In this document: positions 38,801 to 50,779 of the stretch, piece after piece
How positions within the stretch are numbered: the first letter of the stretch is position 1
Layout of the letters: each line of letters starts with the position of its first letter
Assembly: GCA_963749495.1 (NCBI GenBank)
Contig: CAVVMW010000008.1
Location: 192,001 to 256,000, forward strand
Direction of reading: 5' to 3'
Length of the DNA stretch: 64,000 nt
Source of the DNA: an uncultured bacterium
GTDB taxonomy: Bacteria > Verrucomicrobiota > Verrucomicrobiia > Limisphaerales > UBA8199
The notes under the pieces: generated by a model
What the model was told of the DNA's origin: nothing
The model's input: only the letters and a program-made list of their open reading frames with translations
Database searches by the model: none
Program-made: the position numbers and the translations under genes

Positions 38801-39877
38801 ATGCACCTGGCTCATCTGCGCCTGCGCGACTTCCGCAACTATGCGCGGCTGGACCTGGACTTTGCCCCCGGGTTCCACCTGCTGCTGGGGGACAATGCCC
38901 AGGGCAAGACCAACGTGCTGGAGGCGATCTATCTGATCGCCACGCTCCGCTCCTTTCGCGGGGCAGGGGGCGGCCAGATGGTCCGCCACGGCCAGGCGGG
39001 CTACTTCGTGGGCGGGCACGTCGTGGGCCAGGGCGAGCACGAGGTGAAGCTCTATTGGTCGGCGCGGGAGCGCAGCCTCAACCTGGACAGTCGGCCCGTG
39101 CGCCGGCTCACCGATTACCTGGGCGTGCTGCGGACGGTTGTCTTTTGCACCGAAGACCTCCAACTGGTCAAAGGGCCCGGGGCGGGCCGCCGGCGCTTTC
39201 TGGACCTGCTGCTGTCGCAAACGCACGCGGCCTATCTGCCGCTGCTCCAACGCTACACCCGCGCCCTGCGTGCCCGCAACGCCCTGCTCAAGCAACCGGT
39301 GCTCGACCCCGCGGCCCTCGATGGATTCTCCAGCGAACTCATCGCCGCCGGCCAGGTCATCAACCGGCTGCGCCGCGAACTGGCGCCCACGTTGGGCCCG
39401 CTCGTCCGGCTGGCCTATGGCGGCATCTGCCATGGAGCCGAGGAGCTTCGCCTCGAATACCAACCCGGCGTCAAGCAGGACTATGCGGTCGAGTTGGCCC
39501 AATCCCGGCCGCGGGAGCGCGCCTGCCGGACCACACTCATCGGGCCGCATCGCGACGAGGTGCAATTGCTGCTGGACGACCGCCCCGCCGCCCAGTTCGG
39601 CAGCGAAGGCCAAAAACGCACGCTGGCCATCGCCCTCAAGCTGGCCCAGGCCCAGTACCTCACCGGCCTTTACGGCGCCCCGCCCATCCTGCTCATCAAT
39701 GACATCATGGGCGAACTGGACGTGAAGCGGCGCAGCGGGTTCGTGCCCCTGCTCGAACGCGCCCACCAGTCGCGAGGCCAGGTCTTCATGACCGCAACCG
39801 AGCAGGACTGGCCCCAGGATTTGGGCCGTGACTGCCAGCTCTGGCACGTCGTGGCCGGCGCCTTGCGCAGGGCGTAG
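38801..39877 (+). CDS. recF: DNA replication/repair protein RecF
   Basis: DFRNY, GDNAQGKTN, GPHRD, GSEGQKR, DIMGELD. Confidence 0.95.
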   Translation: MHLAHLRLRDFRNYARLDLDFAPGFHLLLGDNAQGKTNVLEAIYLIATLRSFRGAGGGQMVRHGQAGYFVGGHVVGQGEHEVKLYWSARERSLNLDSRPVRRLTDYLGVLRTVVFCTEDLQLVKGPGAGRRRFLDLLLSQTHAAYLPLLQRYTRALRARNALLKQPVLDPAALDGFSSELIAAGQVINRLRRELAPTLGPLVRLAYGGICHGAEELRLEYQPGVKQDYAVELAQSRPRERACRTTLIGPHRDEVQLLLDDRPAAQFGSEGQKRTLAIALKLAQAQYLTGLYGAPPILLINDIMGELDVKRRSGFVPLLERAHQSRGQVFMTATEQDWPQDLGRDCQLWHVVAGALRRA

Positions 39878-39905
39878 GGGGGGGCGGGGGCGGAAGGGGT
39901 GGCAT

Positions 39906-40124
39906 GGGCGCATCTCACCTTTGTCGAGCCCGCCCGAACAGGGCGATCGGAGTGCGCGTCCGAAGTCGCGAAGCGTTTTGGACTGCGGCAGTCCTCTGCC
40001 GCTTTTCGGACCCTGGGGACGCGAAAGCGCCAGAGGACTGGCGCAGTCCAAAACCTTGCGGGCTTCCCAGCGCCGCGCTCCAATTGTGCGTCTTGCCGAA
40101 CGCCGACAAAGGGGAGATGCGCCC
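39906..40124. repeat. Nested element: family R REP (39967-40066) inside 21-bp inverted arms
   Basis: GGGCGCATCTCACCTTTGTCG ... CGACAAAGGGGAGATGCGCCC. Confidence 0.88.
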
Positions 40125-40185
40125 GACCGGCATCCTGACACCGTTTTGCCCTTTACCGACCGGGGCGCGCCACTACATTGCAGGC

Positions 40186-41255
40186 ATGCGCGAACAATCA
40201 CTGGAATTCCTCAGAACTCTGGTCAACACGCCCAGCCCGGTCGGCCACGAGGTCCGGGGCCAGCGGGTCTGGCTGGATTACGCGGGGCAATTTGCCGACG
40301 AGACGTTCTCCGATGCCTACGGCAATTGCGTGGCAGTGCTCAACAAGGGAGGCTCGCCGCGGCTGATGATGGCCGGTCATGCCGACGAGATTGCGATGGC
40401 TGTCAGTTACATCACCGACGAAGGTTATGTCTATGTGCGCAAGATGGGCGGGGTGGACGCAGCCATCACGCGGGCCCAGCGGGTCCTGATCCACTCGCGC
40501 AACGGTCCGGTCAAGGGCGTGGTGGGCAATGTGGCCCCGCATCTGCGCAAGGGCGATGAGGAGCCCAAGCCGCCCAAGATCCACGACCTGTTCATCGACC
40601 TGGGGGTGAGCAGCCGCAAAGAGGCCGAGAAGCTGGTGCAAATAGGCGACCCCATCACGTTGAGCGACCAATTCGACGTGCTGCGGGAGGACCTGGTCAT
40701 AGCGCGGGCCTTCGACAACCGGGTCGGCACCTTTGCCGTGGCGGAGGCGTTGCGCTTGCTCAAGGAGGGCCGGAGCCGCTCGCCGCCGAGGTCTGCGCCG
40801 TCTCGAACGTGCAGGAGGAAGTCGGCCTGCTGGGCGCCCGGCAGATAGCCTATTCCCTCAAGCCGGACGTGGCGCTGGTGGTGGACGTGACGCACGCGAC
40901 GGATTATCCGACGGTGAGCAAGATGCAGCACGGCGAGGTCAAGATTGGGGGCGGTCCCACCCTCACGCGCGGCGGCTGCAACCACCCCGAGGTCGTCGCC
41001 CGCATCGAAGCCCTGGCCAAGGCCAAACGCATCCCCCTGCAGCACGAAGCCATGTCCAACAGCAGCGGCACCGACACCGACGCCATCTTCTGCACCAGAG
41101 GCGGCATCGCCAGCGCCCTCATCTCCTTGCCCAACCGCTACATGCACTCCCCGGTCGAACTGATCAGCCTCAAAGACCTCGGGATGATTCCCCAACTCCT
41201 TGCCGCATTCGCCGCCTCCCTGAAAAAGGGGGAGCAGTTCAAGGTGAGGATCTAG
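40186..41255 (+). CDS. M42 family metallopeptidase (apparent frameshift near 40775)
   Basis: GHADEI, AFDNR, VQEEVG, VDVTHA, GTDTD, RYMHSP. Confidence 0.92.
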
Positions 41256-41286
41256 TTGGAGCCTGTTCCAAAGGCTCTGATTCCGG

Positions 41287-41370
41287 ACCTTTGTCGCGAC
41301 CTTTGTCGCGACCTTTGTCGAGACATGGCCAATCCGACAAAGGTCCCGACAAAGGCTGCGACGAAGGTCC
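41287..41370. repeat. Inverted 12-mer array element, copy 2
   Basis: (GACCTTTGTCGC)n-core-(CGACAAAGG)n between convergent genes. Confidence 0.9.
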
Positions 41371-41399
41371 CCCACTCGCGGGGTCTTTGGGGACAGGCT

Positions 41400-42182
41400 C
41401 TAGTTATTGTTCGACCACGTCTCCGGATGTGAGTCGTGGTCGTTGTTCCAGCGCCGGCGGGCGACGTTGGTCTTTTTGAGCCAGGCGATGTGCCGGGCAT
41501 ATTCGACATGGGCATCGCAGAAGACCACGTTTTCCCCGTTGTCATGGCGGGGAGCCAACTCCGCAAGGAGGTTGATGGGGAACAAGTCATCCAGGTCATT
41601 GTCGCCGGTGCCGGAATTGGGTTTGCAATCGGCCACTGCGGCCATGTCGCCGGGGGCTTTGACCTGGCTCTCAGCCAGGTATTGGGCGCCGGAGCGGCTC
41701 CCCTGGTCGTAGCCGCCGTCCAGCCCCAGGCTGGCGCCCATGGCCGGATAGCGGCCACTGCCCGCCATGTTGTAACCGTAGCTGGGATTGGGCAGGGGCC
41801 GGGCGGGGTTGTTGGTCCATTTGGGGGCCGTCTTGTTGGCCGGACACCAGAAGAGGTTGTAATTGTTTGCTGCGAAGGCCACGACCTTGACGTCCCAGAG
41901 CGTCATGGCGCTGGTGGGGCCGCTATAACCCTCGGCGCAGAGGGGGTATTTCCGGAACTCCAGTGTGTAGAGGCCCAGGGCAAGGCCGATTTGATGGAGA
42001 TTGCTCTTGCAGGCGGCCGACAGCCCGGCACCCTTTGCCCGCGAGAGGGCCGGCAACAACATGGCCGCCAGAATCGCGATGACGGCGATGACCACCAGTA
42101 ACTCGATCAGCGTGAACGCCGGGCGTTGCGCGGGCGCGGTGTTCCGATCCGCAGATTCGATCGACTTTGGCTTCGGGTGCAT
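41400..42182 (-). CDS. Prepilin-type N-terminal / H-X9-DG domain protein
   Basis: [40 protein letters not shown]. Confidence 0.92.
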   Translation of the reverse strand: MHPKPKSIESADRNTAPAQRPAFTLIELLVVIAVIAILAAMLLPALSRAKGAGLSAACKSNLHQIGLALGLYTLEFRKYPLCAEGYSGPTSAMTLWDVKVVAFAANNYNLFWCPANKTAPKWTNNPARPLPNPSYGYNMAGSGRYPAMGASLGLDGGYDQGSRSGAQYLAESQVKAPGDMAAVADCKPNSGTGDNDLDDLFPINLLAELAPRHDNGENVVFCDAHVEYARHIAWLKKTNVARRRWNNDHDSHPETWSNNN

Positions 42183-42300
42183 TCTCTTGCGGGATGTTGG
42201 TAGGGCTTTTACCACCGCCCGAGGCGCTTGTCAACCGCGGCTTGAAGCAGCCGACAAAGAGGCGCATCCCGACACTACGCCCGCCACCGGGGGCCGGACC

Positions 42301-42410
42301 GGAGTGCGCCCGTCCCCGGGCGCAGCGAGGTCCGGAGCCAGGGCAGCGGTCAAACACTCCAGCGCGCCTGCCCGCTCCGTCGCTGTTGCGCCCGGGGACG
42401 GGCGCACTCC
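42301..42410. repeat. Palindromic REP/MITE-like element
   Basis: GGAGTGCGCCCGTCCCCGGGCGCA ... TGCGCCCGGGGACGGGCGCACTCC perfect 24-bp arms. Confidence 0.88.
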
Positions 42411-42491
42411 GGGGGCGGCGTCCGGATGCGTCCATAACAAAGGCAAAATCAGTGTTGGCAAAATCATCGAGCGGAGGCACCATCCGGGTTC

Positions 42492-43826
42492 ATGAAGAAG
42501 CCAGCCAAAGGCGCGGGGATGACCCGCCGCAATTTTCTGCAACACAGTGCCTTGGCGCTGGGGGCCTTGAACGTGGTCCCCTGGCGCGTGCTGGGGATGG
42601 CCGGGTCGCCCGGGGCCAACGCCCGCTTCGTCGTGGGGCATATCGGCGTCGGGGGCATGGGGATGACCCACCTGTTCAACATGCTGAAGTTCCAGCAGGA
42701 GGGCAAGGTGCGCATCGGCGCTGTCTGCGACGTGGACGACAACCGCCTGGAGGCGGCGGTCAACAACGCGGGCAAGGGGGTAATGCCCTATCGTGACTAC
42801 CGTTACCTGCTCGAGCGAAAGGACATTGATGCGGTGCTCATCGCCACGCCCGACCACTGGCACGCCGTCCAGACGGTGCATGCCTGCGAGAGCGGCAAAC
42901 ACGTGTATGTCGAGAAGCCGGCCTCGGTGACCGTGCGCGAGGGCCAGGCGATGGTCGCGGCGGCGCGCGCCCACAAGGTGGCCGTCCAAGTCGGCGCCCA
43001 GGCCCGCACCGCCAAGGGCGGGTGGTACACCTGCCGCGCCATCCGCAACGGGATCGTCGGCAAAGTCAACCGCGTCTCCTGCTGGCATTACGCCAACCCG
43101 GTGGACGAAAAACCGGTGCCCGACGGTCCGCCGCCCGAGGGCCTGGATTGGGACCTGTGGCTGGGGCCGCTGCCCTGGCGCCCGCACAACCAACGCTATC
43201 AGCCGGCCAACTTCCGCTGGCTGCTCGAGTCGGGCGGGGGCCAAATCCGCGACCGGGGCGCTCACCAATTCAGCACCATCCTCTGGTGCATGAATGCCGA
43301 CAACCAGACCTCGTTCACGGTCACGGCAAGCGGCCGCCCCCCGGCCAAGGGCCTGTGGGATTGCCCAGTCGAGATGAACGTGCTCTATGAATTCAAAAAC
43401 CCCGACTGGACCCTCGAATGGGGCCAGCCCGGCAACAAGGTCGGCCAAACCGAGTTCGGCAACGTCTTTTGGGGCGAGCACGGCAAGCTCATCCTGGAGT
43501 GGGAAGGCGGCTACAAGCCCGCCAACCCGGAGGCCATCAATTTCAAGCTCCCCCCCGGCGCACAGGAGGTCTATCGCACCGACGAATACGAGGACTTCAA
43601 CATGAACCATAAGGCCGACTGGTTTAAGTCCATCCGGGAAGGACATTTGCGCCCCGCAGTTGATATCGAGATCGGCCACCGCACCGCCACCCTGTGCAAC
43701 CTCGGCAACCTCGCCTACATCCTCGGCCGCAAGCTCGTCTGGGACGGCCAAAAACAAGAGGCCGTCGGCGACCCCCAGGCCAATCGCTTCCTGAACCGGC
43801 CGCAGAGATACCCGTATGTGCTCTGA
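42492..43826 (+). CDS. Tat-exported Gfo/Idh/MocA oxidoreductase
   Basis: TRRNFL, IGVGGMG, ATPDHWH, VEKP, WDLWLGP. Confidence 0.93.
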   Translation: MKKPAKGAGMTRRNFLQHSALALGALNVVPWRVLGMAGSPGANARFVVGHIGVGGMGMTHLFNMLKFQQEGKVRIGAVCDVDDNRLEAAVNNAGKGVMPYRDYRYLLERKDIDAVLIATPDHWHAVQTVHACESGKHVYVEKPASVTVREGQAMVAAARAHKVAVQVGAQARTAKGGWYTCRAIRNGIVGKVNRVSCWHYANPVDEKPVPDGPPPEGLDWDLWLGPLPWRPHNQRYQPANFRWLLESGGGQIRDRGAHQFSTILWCMNADNQTSFTVTASGRPPAKGLWDCPVEMNVLYEFKNPDWTLEWGQPGNKVGQTEFGNVFWGEHGKLILEWEGGYKPANPEAINFKLPPGAQEVYRTDEYEDFNMNHKADWFKSIREGHLRPAVDIEIGHRTATLCNLGNLAYILGRKLVWDGQKQEAVGDPQANRFLNRPQRYPYVL

Positions 43827-43840
43827 GAGGACGAATGAAA

Positions 43841-43935
43841 ACTTTGTCGCAGCCTTTGTCGCAGCCTTTGTCGCAGCCTTTGTCGAGGCATGCCCAACCC
43901 CACAAAGGTTGCGACGAAGGTTGCGACAAAGGTCC
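43841..43935. repeat. Inverted 12-mer array element, copy 3
   Basis: (AGCCTTTGTCGC)n-core-(CGACAAAGGTTG)n. Confidence 0.9.
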
Positions 43936-44035
43936 GAACTCGCACGGCTCGTGGAAACAGGACCTGCACCCACCGCCTTATTGCACCAAAGAGTTTAGTT
44001 TTGCCAGCCGCTCTTAGCGTCCTGAGACCATTGTC

Positions 44036-44611
44036 ATGAATGCAGAACCATCCTCCTCAAATTCCCTGGCGGACCTCCTGACCCGCATCCAGAGTTCCGA
44101 CGACACCATCAGCGGTCCTGCCTGGCAGGGCGCCCAGACCTGCGGCGCTGCGGCCATCCAACCGCTGGCGGACATCCTGGGCAGTGCAAGCTTCGAAGTG
44201 GCTCGCAACGCCAAACGGGCCCTCTACAAGATCACGCGCCACGCCGGCCGCCCCGGGGCCGGAGACGAGGCCAAGGCGGCCGAAACCGCCTTGATAGCGG
44301 TGCTCCGGCACCAGAGTGCCCTTGTGCGCCGCGAGGCCCTCTGGATGCTCTCGGAAATCGGCACTGACCAGTCTGTCGGACCCATGGCTGCCCTGCTCCG
44401 TGACCCGGAAGCCCGCGAGGACGCCCGCGCAGCGCTGATGCGCTTCCCAGGCCCGAAGGCCACCGCCGCCTTGAGGGCCGCCTTTCGCACGGCCCCCGAG
44501 CCATTCAAGTACGCACTGGCCGATTCCTTGCGAAAGCGCCACGTCCCGGTCCGCGCTTATCCCAGCCGGAAGCTAGTGCCCACCGCCCAGACGACGGTTA
44601 AGCCTATTTGA
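44036..44611 (+). CDS. HEAT-repeat protein
   Basis: VRREALWMLSEIG, AREDARAAL. Confidence 0.8.
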   Translation: MNAEPSSSNSLADLLTRIQSSDDTISGPAWQGAQTCGAAAIQPLADILGSASFEVARNAKRALYKITRHAGRPGAGDEAKAAETALIAVLRHQSALVRREALWMLSEIGTDQSVGPMAALLRDPEAREDARAALMRFPGPKATAALRAAFRTAPEPFKYALADSLRKRHVPVRAYPSRKLVPTAQTTVKPI

Positions 44612-44831
44612 GGGCGGAGGGCGGAATGTCAAATGCCGAATGACGAATGACGAATGACGAACGCGGAGGACAGAAGACACAAGGCAGATGGGGCAACCTA
44701 ACGGGCGACCCCACACTCCGCATTCCGTTCTCGGTCCTCCGTCCTCCGGCTTCGTCATTCGTCATTCGTCATTCGTCATTCGTCATTCGTCATTCGTCAT
44801 TCGTCATTCGTCATTCCGCACTCCGCACTCC
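44611..44831. repeat. Compound inverted heptamer pair with in-phase family switching
   Basis: Left arm GAGGGCG to AATGACG; right arm GTCCTCC to (CGTCATT)n to CCGCACT. Confidence 0.95.
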
Positions 44832-44935
44832 CGCGGGGGGTGGGTTTTTACCCCATGGAAACGGCGGCGCAACGTGATATGAAGAAGGCGTCCTAGGCAT
44901 AGAGATTCGACAGGGGGCGAGTCGCTCGGCCTGAC

Positions 44936-44968
44936 AAAGAGCGGCCAGTGCAAAGGCCGCTCTTTTTT
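44936..44968 (+). terminator. Intrinsic terminator-like hairpin
   Basis: AAAGAGCGGCC-loop-GGCCGCTCTTTTTT. Confidence 0.7.
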
Positions 44969-45012
44969 CTTGTCGCATTTGGCCCGATTCTGTGGTTTAG
45001 ATCAGGTGAAAG

Positions 45013-48000
45013 ATGCGTGGCAGACATGTGACTTGGCTTTTGTGGGGCGTGCTGTGCCTGGGGATCTGCTGGTTTTGGCGGTTCGAGAAACGGCCCGGAG
45101 GGGAGATTTCAGCCCTGCCTGCCGTGGAGCGGGTTCCTGAGCCAGGACAATCGAAAAGCCCGCATTCTATGGCAGCAACCTCGCCTGCAAGCCCTTGGGC
45201 ACTCGGGGAGCATCTCCGCTATCGCCTGAGCAACACGACACAGCCGCTCCACCAACTGTTGCGCAATCCCAAGGCGATTCTGCTGGAAAACGCCCTGCTC
45301 GACACCGCCCAGTCCACTGACCTGCCTATCCCTCCCTCGCTACGCGCCCAAGCCGAGCCGGGCGCCTATCTGGTCCAGGCCCGAGAGCCCGTGAACGCGG
45401 CCTTTCGAGCCCTGCTCCAGCAGGCCGGCGCCAGCATCGTTTCCTATATTCCCAACAATGCTTACCTGGTGCGCGCCTCGGAGGCGGCGGCCGATGCGCT
45501 CAGGGCGGCGCCGCAGACCCAGTCGGTGCTGGCCTACGAACCGTATTACAAGCTCAAGCCGTGGCTGTTGAAGGCGGCGCTGGAGCAGATGCCCTTGCCG
45601 GAGGGCAGCACGCTGCGGTTGCTGCTCTTTGCCGGCGCGCGGGCGGCCACGCTGGAGCAGTTGCAGGGCCTGGGGGTGGAGGTGCTGGGGGAGGAGCCCA
45701 CGCCCTTTGGGCCGCTGGTGCGGGTGCGCCCGCCTGCCGATCGGCGGGCAGGCCCGCCCCCGGCCCAGCCCGGGGCGGGGCAGGCGCTGGTGGCTGCGCT
45801 GGCGCAACTGGCCGGGGTGCAGGAGGTGGAATTGGGGCGGCAGCGGGTGAGCGCCAACGATTTGAGCCGGGCGACCCTGGGCGTGGCGGCCGATTCGGTA
45901 ACGCCGACTAATTACCTGGGTCTGACCGGGACCAACGTGCTGGTGGCGCTGGAGGACAGCGGTGTGGACGCGACACACCCGGACCTGGTCAACCGGGTGT
46001 TTGGGGACTCGACCAACAGCCTGGTGGACAGCGCCGGGCACGGCACGCACGTGGCGGGGATTATCGCGGGTGACGGGACGGAGTCCGGGACGGTGACCAA
46101 TGCCTCGGGTTCGCTGGTCACGGCCAACGGCACAGGGTACGGTTCTCAATTCCGGGGCAAGGCGCCGGGGGCGAGGCTCTATTCGATGAGCGGGGGAACG
46201 GATTTCGACTTGCAGCAGGCGGCGGCGCTGACCAATGCCTTCATTTCAAACAACAGTTGGACCTACGGCGACAACGAATATGACGTGGCGGCGGCCAGTT
46301 ACGATGCAGCGGTGCGCGATGCCTTGCCCGGCACGCCGGGCCCGCAACCGGTCCTCTTCGTTTTCGCCGCCGGCAATGCCGGGAGCGGCAACGACGACGG
46401 CACGCGCGGCAACCCGGACAGCATTCTCTCCCCGGCGACCGCCAAGAACGTGATCACCGTCGGCGCGCTCGAACAGCGGCGCAGCCTTGCCAACCCGCCC
46501 TGGACCGGATTGACCGCCGCCAGCAATCGCGTCGCCGGCTTCTCCAGCCGCGGCAACGTCGGGATCGGAATCGAGGGCGCCTTCGGCCGGTTCAAGCCCA
46601 ACCTGGTCGCGCCCGGGGTATTTGTCGTGTCCGCCCGTTCGCAGCAGTGGGATACGGGGGCCTACTACACAGCCGGCAATCCGGCGCTGGTAGTTCCGCA
46701 GGCCAGCCAGTCGCTCCTGGCGCTGAGCAATCTGGATGCGTCGCTGGCGGCGGCGCCGTCCTATTATCGGTATGAATCGGGCACCAGTCTTGGCGCGGCA
46801 GCGGTGTCAGGCACGCTGGCGCTGGTGCAGGAGTTTTTCCAGCAGCGCCTGCACCGCGCCGGCAGCCCCGCCCTCTTCAAGGCCATGCTCATCAACGGCG
46901 CCCGCACCTTGGGCGGCTCCGACGGTCTGTGCGTCACCAACCCCCTCAATTGCCAGGGGTGGGGCCGGCTCAATTTGCCCACGAGCCTGCCGCCCGCTTT
47001 GAGCAATCTCAATTCCGCGCCGGTTTCCTCCCCAATCTGGCTCTTTGACCAGGACACGGCCACGGCCCTGGCCACGGGCCAGAGCCGGACGCGCTATGTC
47101 TCTCTGGCGCCCGCGGCGCGCGCCCTGCCCCTGCGCGCTACACTGGTTTGGACCGACCCGCCCGGCAACCCCATCGCCGCTCTCAAGCTGGTCAACGATT
47201 TGGACCTCATCGTGACCAACCTCGACGACGGGACAGTCTATTGGGGCAATGACATCCCGGCCGGTTCGCTCTGGAACCAGCCCTGGACCCAGCCGGCCCG
47301 GCCAACCCGGATGTCATCAACAACGTCGAGAACGTCTTTCTGCCGGCCCCCCTGGGGACCAATTACTCGGTCACCGTGGTGGGGCGGCGCGTCAATGTGA
47401 ACGCCGTGGACGCCCAGGCCGAGAGCGTGGCCCAGGACTACGCCCTGGTCATCTCCAGCGGCGACGGTGAGACCCCCGATGCCATCCGGCTGGTTGACGG
47501 GCCGGCCGCGTTGGCCGCTAGGCCGCTGGTGACAGTCCTGACCAACCAGTTCGCCGCCAGTCCGACCGAGTATGGGGCCATTTTGCTGCACGAGCGGGTC
47601 GGCGCTGACGCCCCCCTGGCCGGCACTGGCACCGTCCCTTTGAGCGGCGGCAACGGCGCCATCACCATCGGCACGGTTAATGAGTGGCACTTCTATGTCC
47701 TGACCAACACGAGCGCCTTTGCCAACGCCGCTTTTCTCACGTTGCTGCCGCCGCCCCTCTCGGTCTCGGACCTCGCCGCTGTCGGCGGGCTCACCTCCCT
47801 GAGCGCCCTCCGGCCCGAGGCGGATATCGACCTCTACGTCTCGCAGGAGCCCGGGCTGACCAATCTGGACCGGGGCGCCATCGCCCGGGCGGACAAGTCA
47901 TTGGGGCGCGGCGGCACCGAGACGGTCGTCTATACCAATGCGGCGCCGGGCACGTACTACATCGGCGTCAAATCCGAAACCCGCCAAGGCGCCGAGTATG

Positions 48001-50779
48001 GGTTCATGGCGGTGTTCAGCCGATTGCCTTTCAGCGCGATGGATGGCAGCGGCAACCTGGTCTTGCGCGGCGTCCCCGCCCCGGCGCCGATACCGGACGG
48101 GACCCCGCAGCAGCCGGGCACCGCCTCTATCGTGGCCATTGCCCCGGACTCCGGCGCGATCCGCCGCGTGGTCGTCACCAATACGCTGACGCACCCGTCA
48201 ATGGGGGACCTGGCCGGCACGTTGACGCACCTGGACAGGGCCGTCGTCTTGAACAATCACTCGCCCAACCAAGCCGTCGTGGGCCAGACCTTTATCTACG
48301 ACAACAGCGGCGAGGGCGACATTGCCGGTGCGCAGCCCCCGGACGGCCCCGGCACACTGCGCGACTTCGCCGGCCTGTCCGGCGGCGGGCAATGGCTTCT
48401 GACCGAGTCGGACACCACGGCCGGCCACGCCGGAACCAATGACAGCCTTTGGCTCTACCTGGAGGCGCAACCGGACCTCTCCAGCGGCGCGGTGGTCTCG
48501 ATCCTCCCCGGCGGCTGCCGCGAGGATTACCTGGACCTGCCGCCCACGGCCACCAATTTGACCGCCGCAGTCTCGCTGCTCTCCGGCACGGGCCCGGTCT
48601 CGATGCAACTCGGCCCGGCCGGTTCCAGCGACACTGTCTCGGCCGTGGTGGCGACCAACGCAGATGGGTTGCTGGCGATCGACAAGGCCGCCAACCCGCC
48701 GCTGAACGCCGGCCAATACGTCTTGAGTCTCTGTAACGAAGGCCCCGATACCGTGACCCTGAGCAATTTCGTCTCCCAGGCGCTCGATCCCACCGCCCTG
48801 ACCATAGCCGTCTTCACCTCGACTAACCAGGTCCCCATCGCGGACAACGCGGTCACTGTGGCCAGCATGTTAGTCGAGAGCAACGCCCGCCTGGTCTCCG
48901 TGGATCCCGCCGTGCGCATCCGCCACCCGCGCGTCTCGGACCTGGTCCTGCACCTGGTCAGCCCCAGCGGCACCCGTGTCTTGCTGGACGAGAACCGGGG
49001 CGGCTCCAGCCCGGACGGGATGGGTCTGGATATTATTGTGACGAACACCGTGCCCGTGTCTTCCGCAGGCGGCGCGGCTGCCTCGACCAATGTCTTCGAG
49101 ACCGGCCTGACCGCCGGCACGATTACGATTTTCTACCAGATGTATGCGGCCCCGGACGACATGCGCGTCTATTACGGCGGCAACCTGATCTACGACAGCG
49201 GCCTGGTGAGTTCGAGCAATACGGTCAACATCCCCTATGGGCCGGGCGCGGACACGGCGGTGACCATCATCATGAACGAAGGCAATAATTGGAATCCGGG
49301 CACTTGGTGGTTTTACAGCGTCACCGCCCTCGGCCCCGGTTTCCTCTATGCCACCTTTACCGAGGACACCAACCTGGCCACGGCCCCCATCAAGTTCGCC
49401 CCGCCTCCGTTCACCAACGCCGCGCCCGTGATCGTCAACGGCGTGGCCTCCAACGGCATCTTCGTCCTGCCGGAGGAGTCGCTGGCCAAGCTGGCCGGTG
49501 AACCCGTGTCGGGCCAGTGGAAGCTCGAGGTCCAGGATACGCGCGCGAGCGCGAGCGGCTCGGCGCCGGCCCTGTTGAGCTGGCGGCTCTGGTTCGTGCT
49601 CGCCGACACCTTCCCCACACCCATCACCCTGGAGCACCACCGCGCCCAGACCAACAGCGTCGCGCCGGGCAAGATCCAGTACTTCAGCCTCGACGTGCCC
49701 ATCTGGGCGAACTTCGCAACCAATTCCGTGCTCTGGGCCACCGCGCCCGTGAACCTCCTCTTCGACCAGACCCACCCCCCCACCGGCACCAATTCGGCCG
49801 GCGATTTCTGCCTGCTCGCTCATTCGACCGGCGGCGGCGCGGTCCTGGCCGCAGGCTCCGGCAACCCGCCGTTGGTCCCCGGCGCGCGCTGCTTCCTGGG
49901 CGTCCAGAACCTCAATGCCGCTCCCGTCAGCTTCGCCTTCCAAAGCGATTTCGATGTCACCCCGCTCGCCGGCGACGTGCCCGTGACCGGGACTGTGCTC
50001 GGCGAGGGGCTGCCGCGTTATTACTCCTACGAGCCCCCCCGGACGCCAACGTCATGTCCTTCCAACTCTTCAACCTGAGCGGCAACGCGGATCTCTACGT
50101 CAACTTCGGCCTGCCTTTCCCCAGCCTCGACGGCACTTTCATCTTTGCGAGCGTGAATCCAGGGACCAATGACGAGCAGGTCCTGGTGGTCACCAATTCC
50201 GCCCTGGTGGCCCTGGGCCCGGGCCAGTGGTACGTGGGTGTGTTCAACGCGGACACCAACCCGGTGACCTACACACTCCTAGCCAATGAATACACCGTCG
50301 CTGGCACCAACATCATCCTCGTCAATGTCAACCTTTCCACCGATGGCCTCTCCCTGACCTGGGCCTCCACGTCCGGGCTCTATTACTGGATCGAAGGCGC
50401 CGCCGACCCGAGCGGCGCCAAATGCGTCCCCCTCTCTCGCACGCTTGTGGCGACCGGATTGCAGACCTCCTTCACTATCCCGTTTCCCTCGCCCTTCCAG
50501 TACTTCCTCATCAACCAAGGCACAGCGCCCGCGACGAACCTCCCGCCGGTGAGCATCACCGGGGTCTGGGTGCTCCCCACGGGCACCCAGTTGCAGTGGC
50601 AGGCCGGCACCAACAGCCAGTTCCAGGTCCAATGGAGCCCCGCGCTGGCCCCAATCGCCTGGAGCGCATTCCCCGTCCTGCTCACCTCGCCCACCGGCGC
50701 CTTTTCCTTTCTCGATGACGGCTCGTTGACCGGCGGGCTTGACCCGGTCCGGTTCTACAGGCTGATACAATTGCCCTAA
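45013..50779 (+). CDS. Large secreted S8 subtilase with P-domain and PPC-like modules (apparent frameshifts near 47300 and 50040)
   Basis: Triad EDSG, HGTHVAG, SGTS; FAAGN; TLVWTDPPG; HPRVSDL (P-domain); C-terminal RFYRL. Confidence 0.88.

Noticed and set aside
39690..39720. RecF Walker B variant (LLIND instead of LLxDD) as inactivation
   Set aside because: A single-base difference that cannot be separated from sequencing error or natural variation.
44880..44970. tmRNA or tRNA-like sequence (GATTCGACAGGGG)
   Set aside because: Only a short resemblance; no acceptor stem, tag ORF or CCA end.
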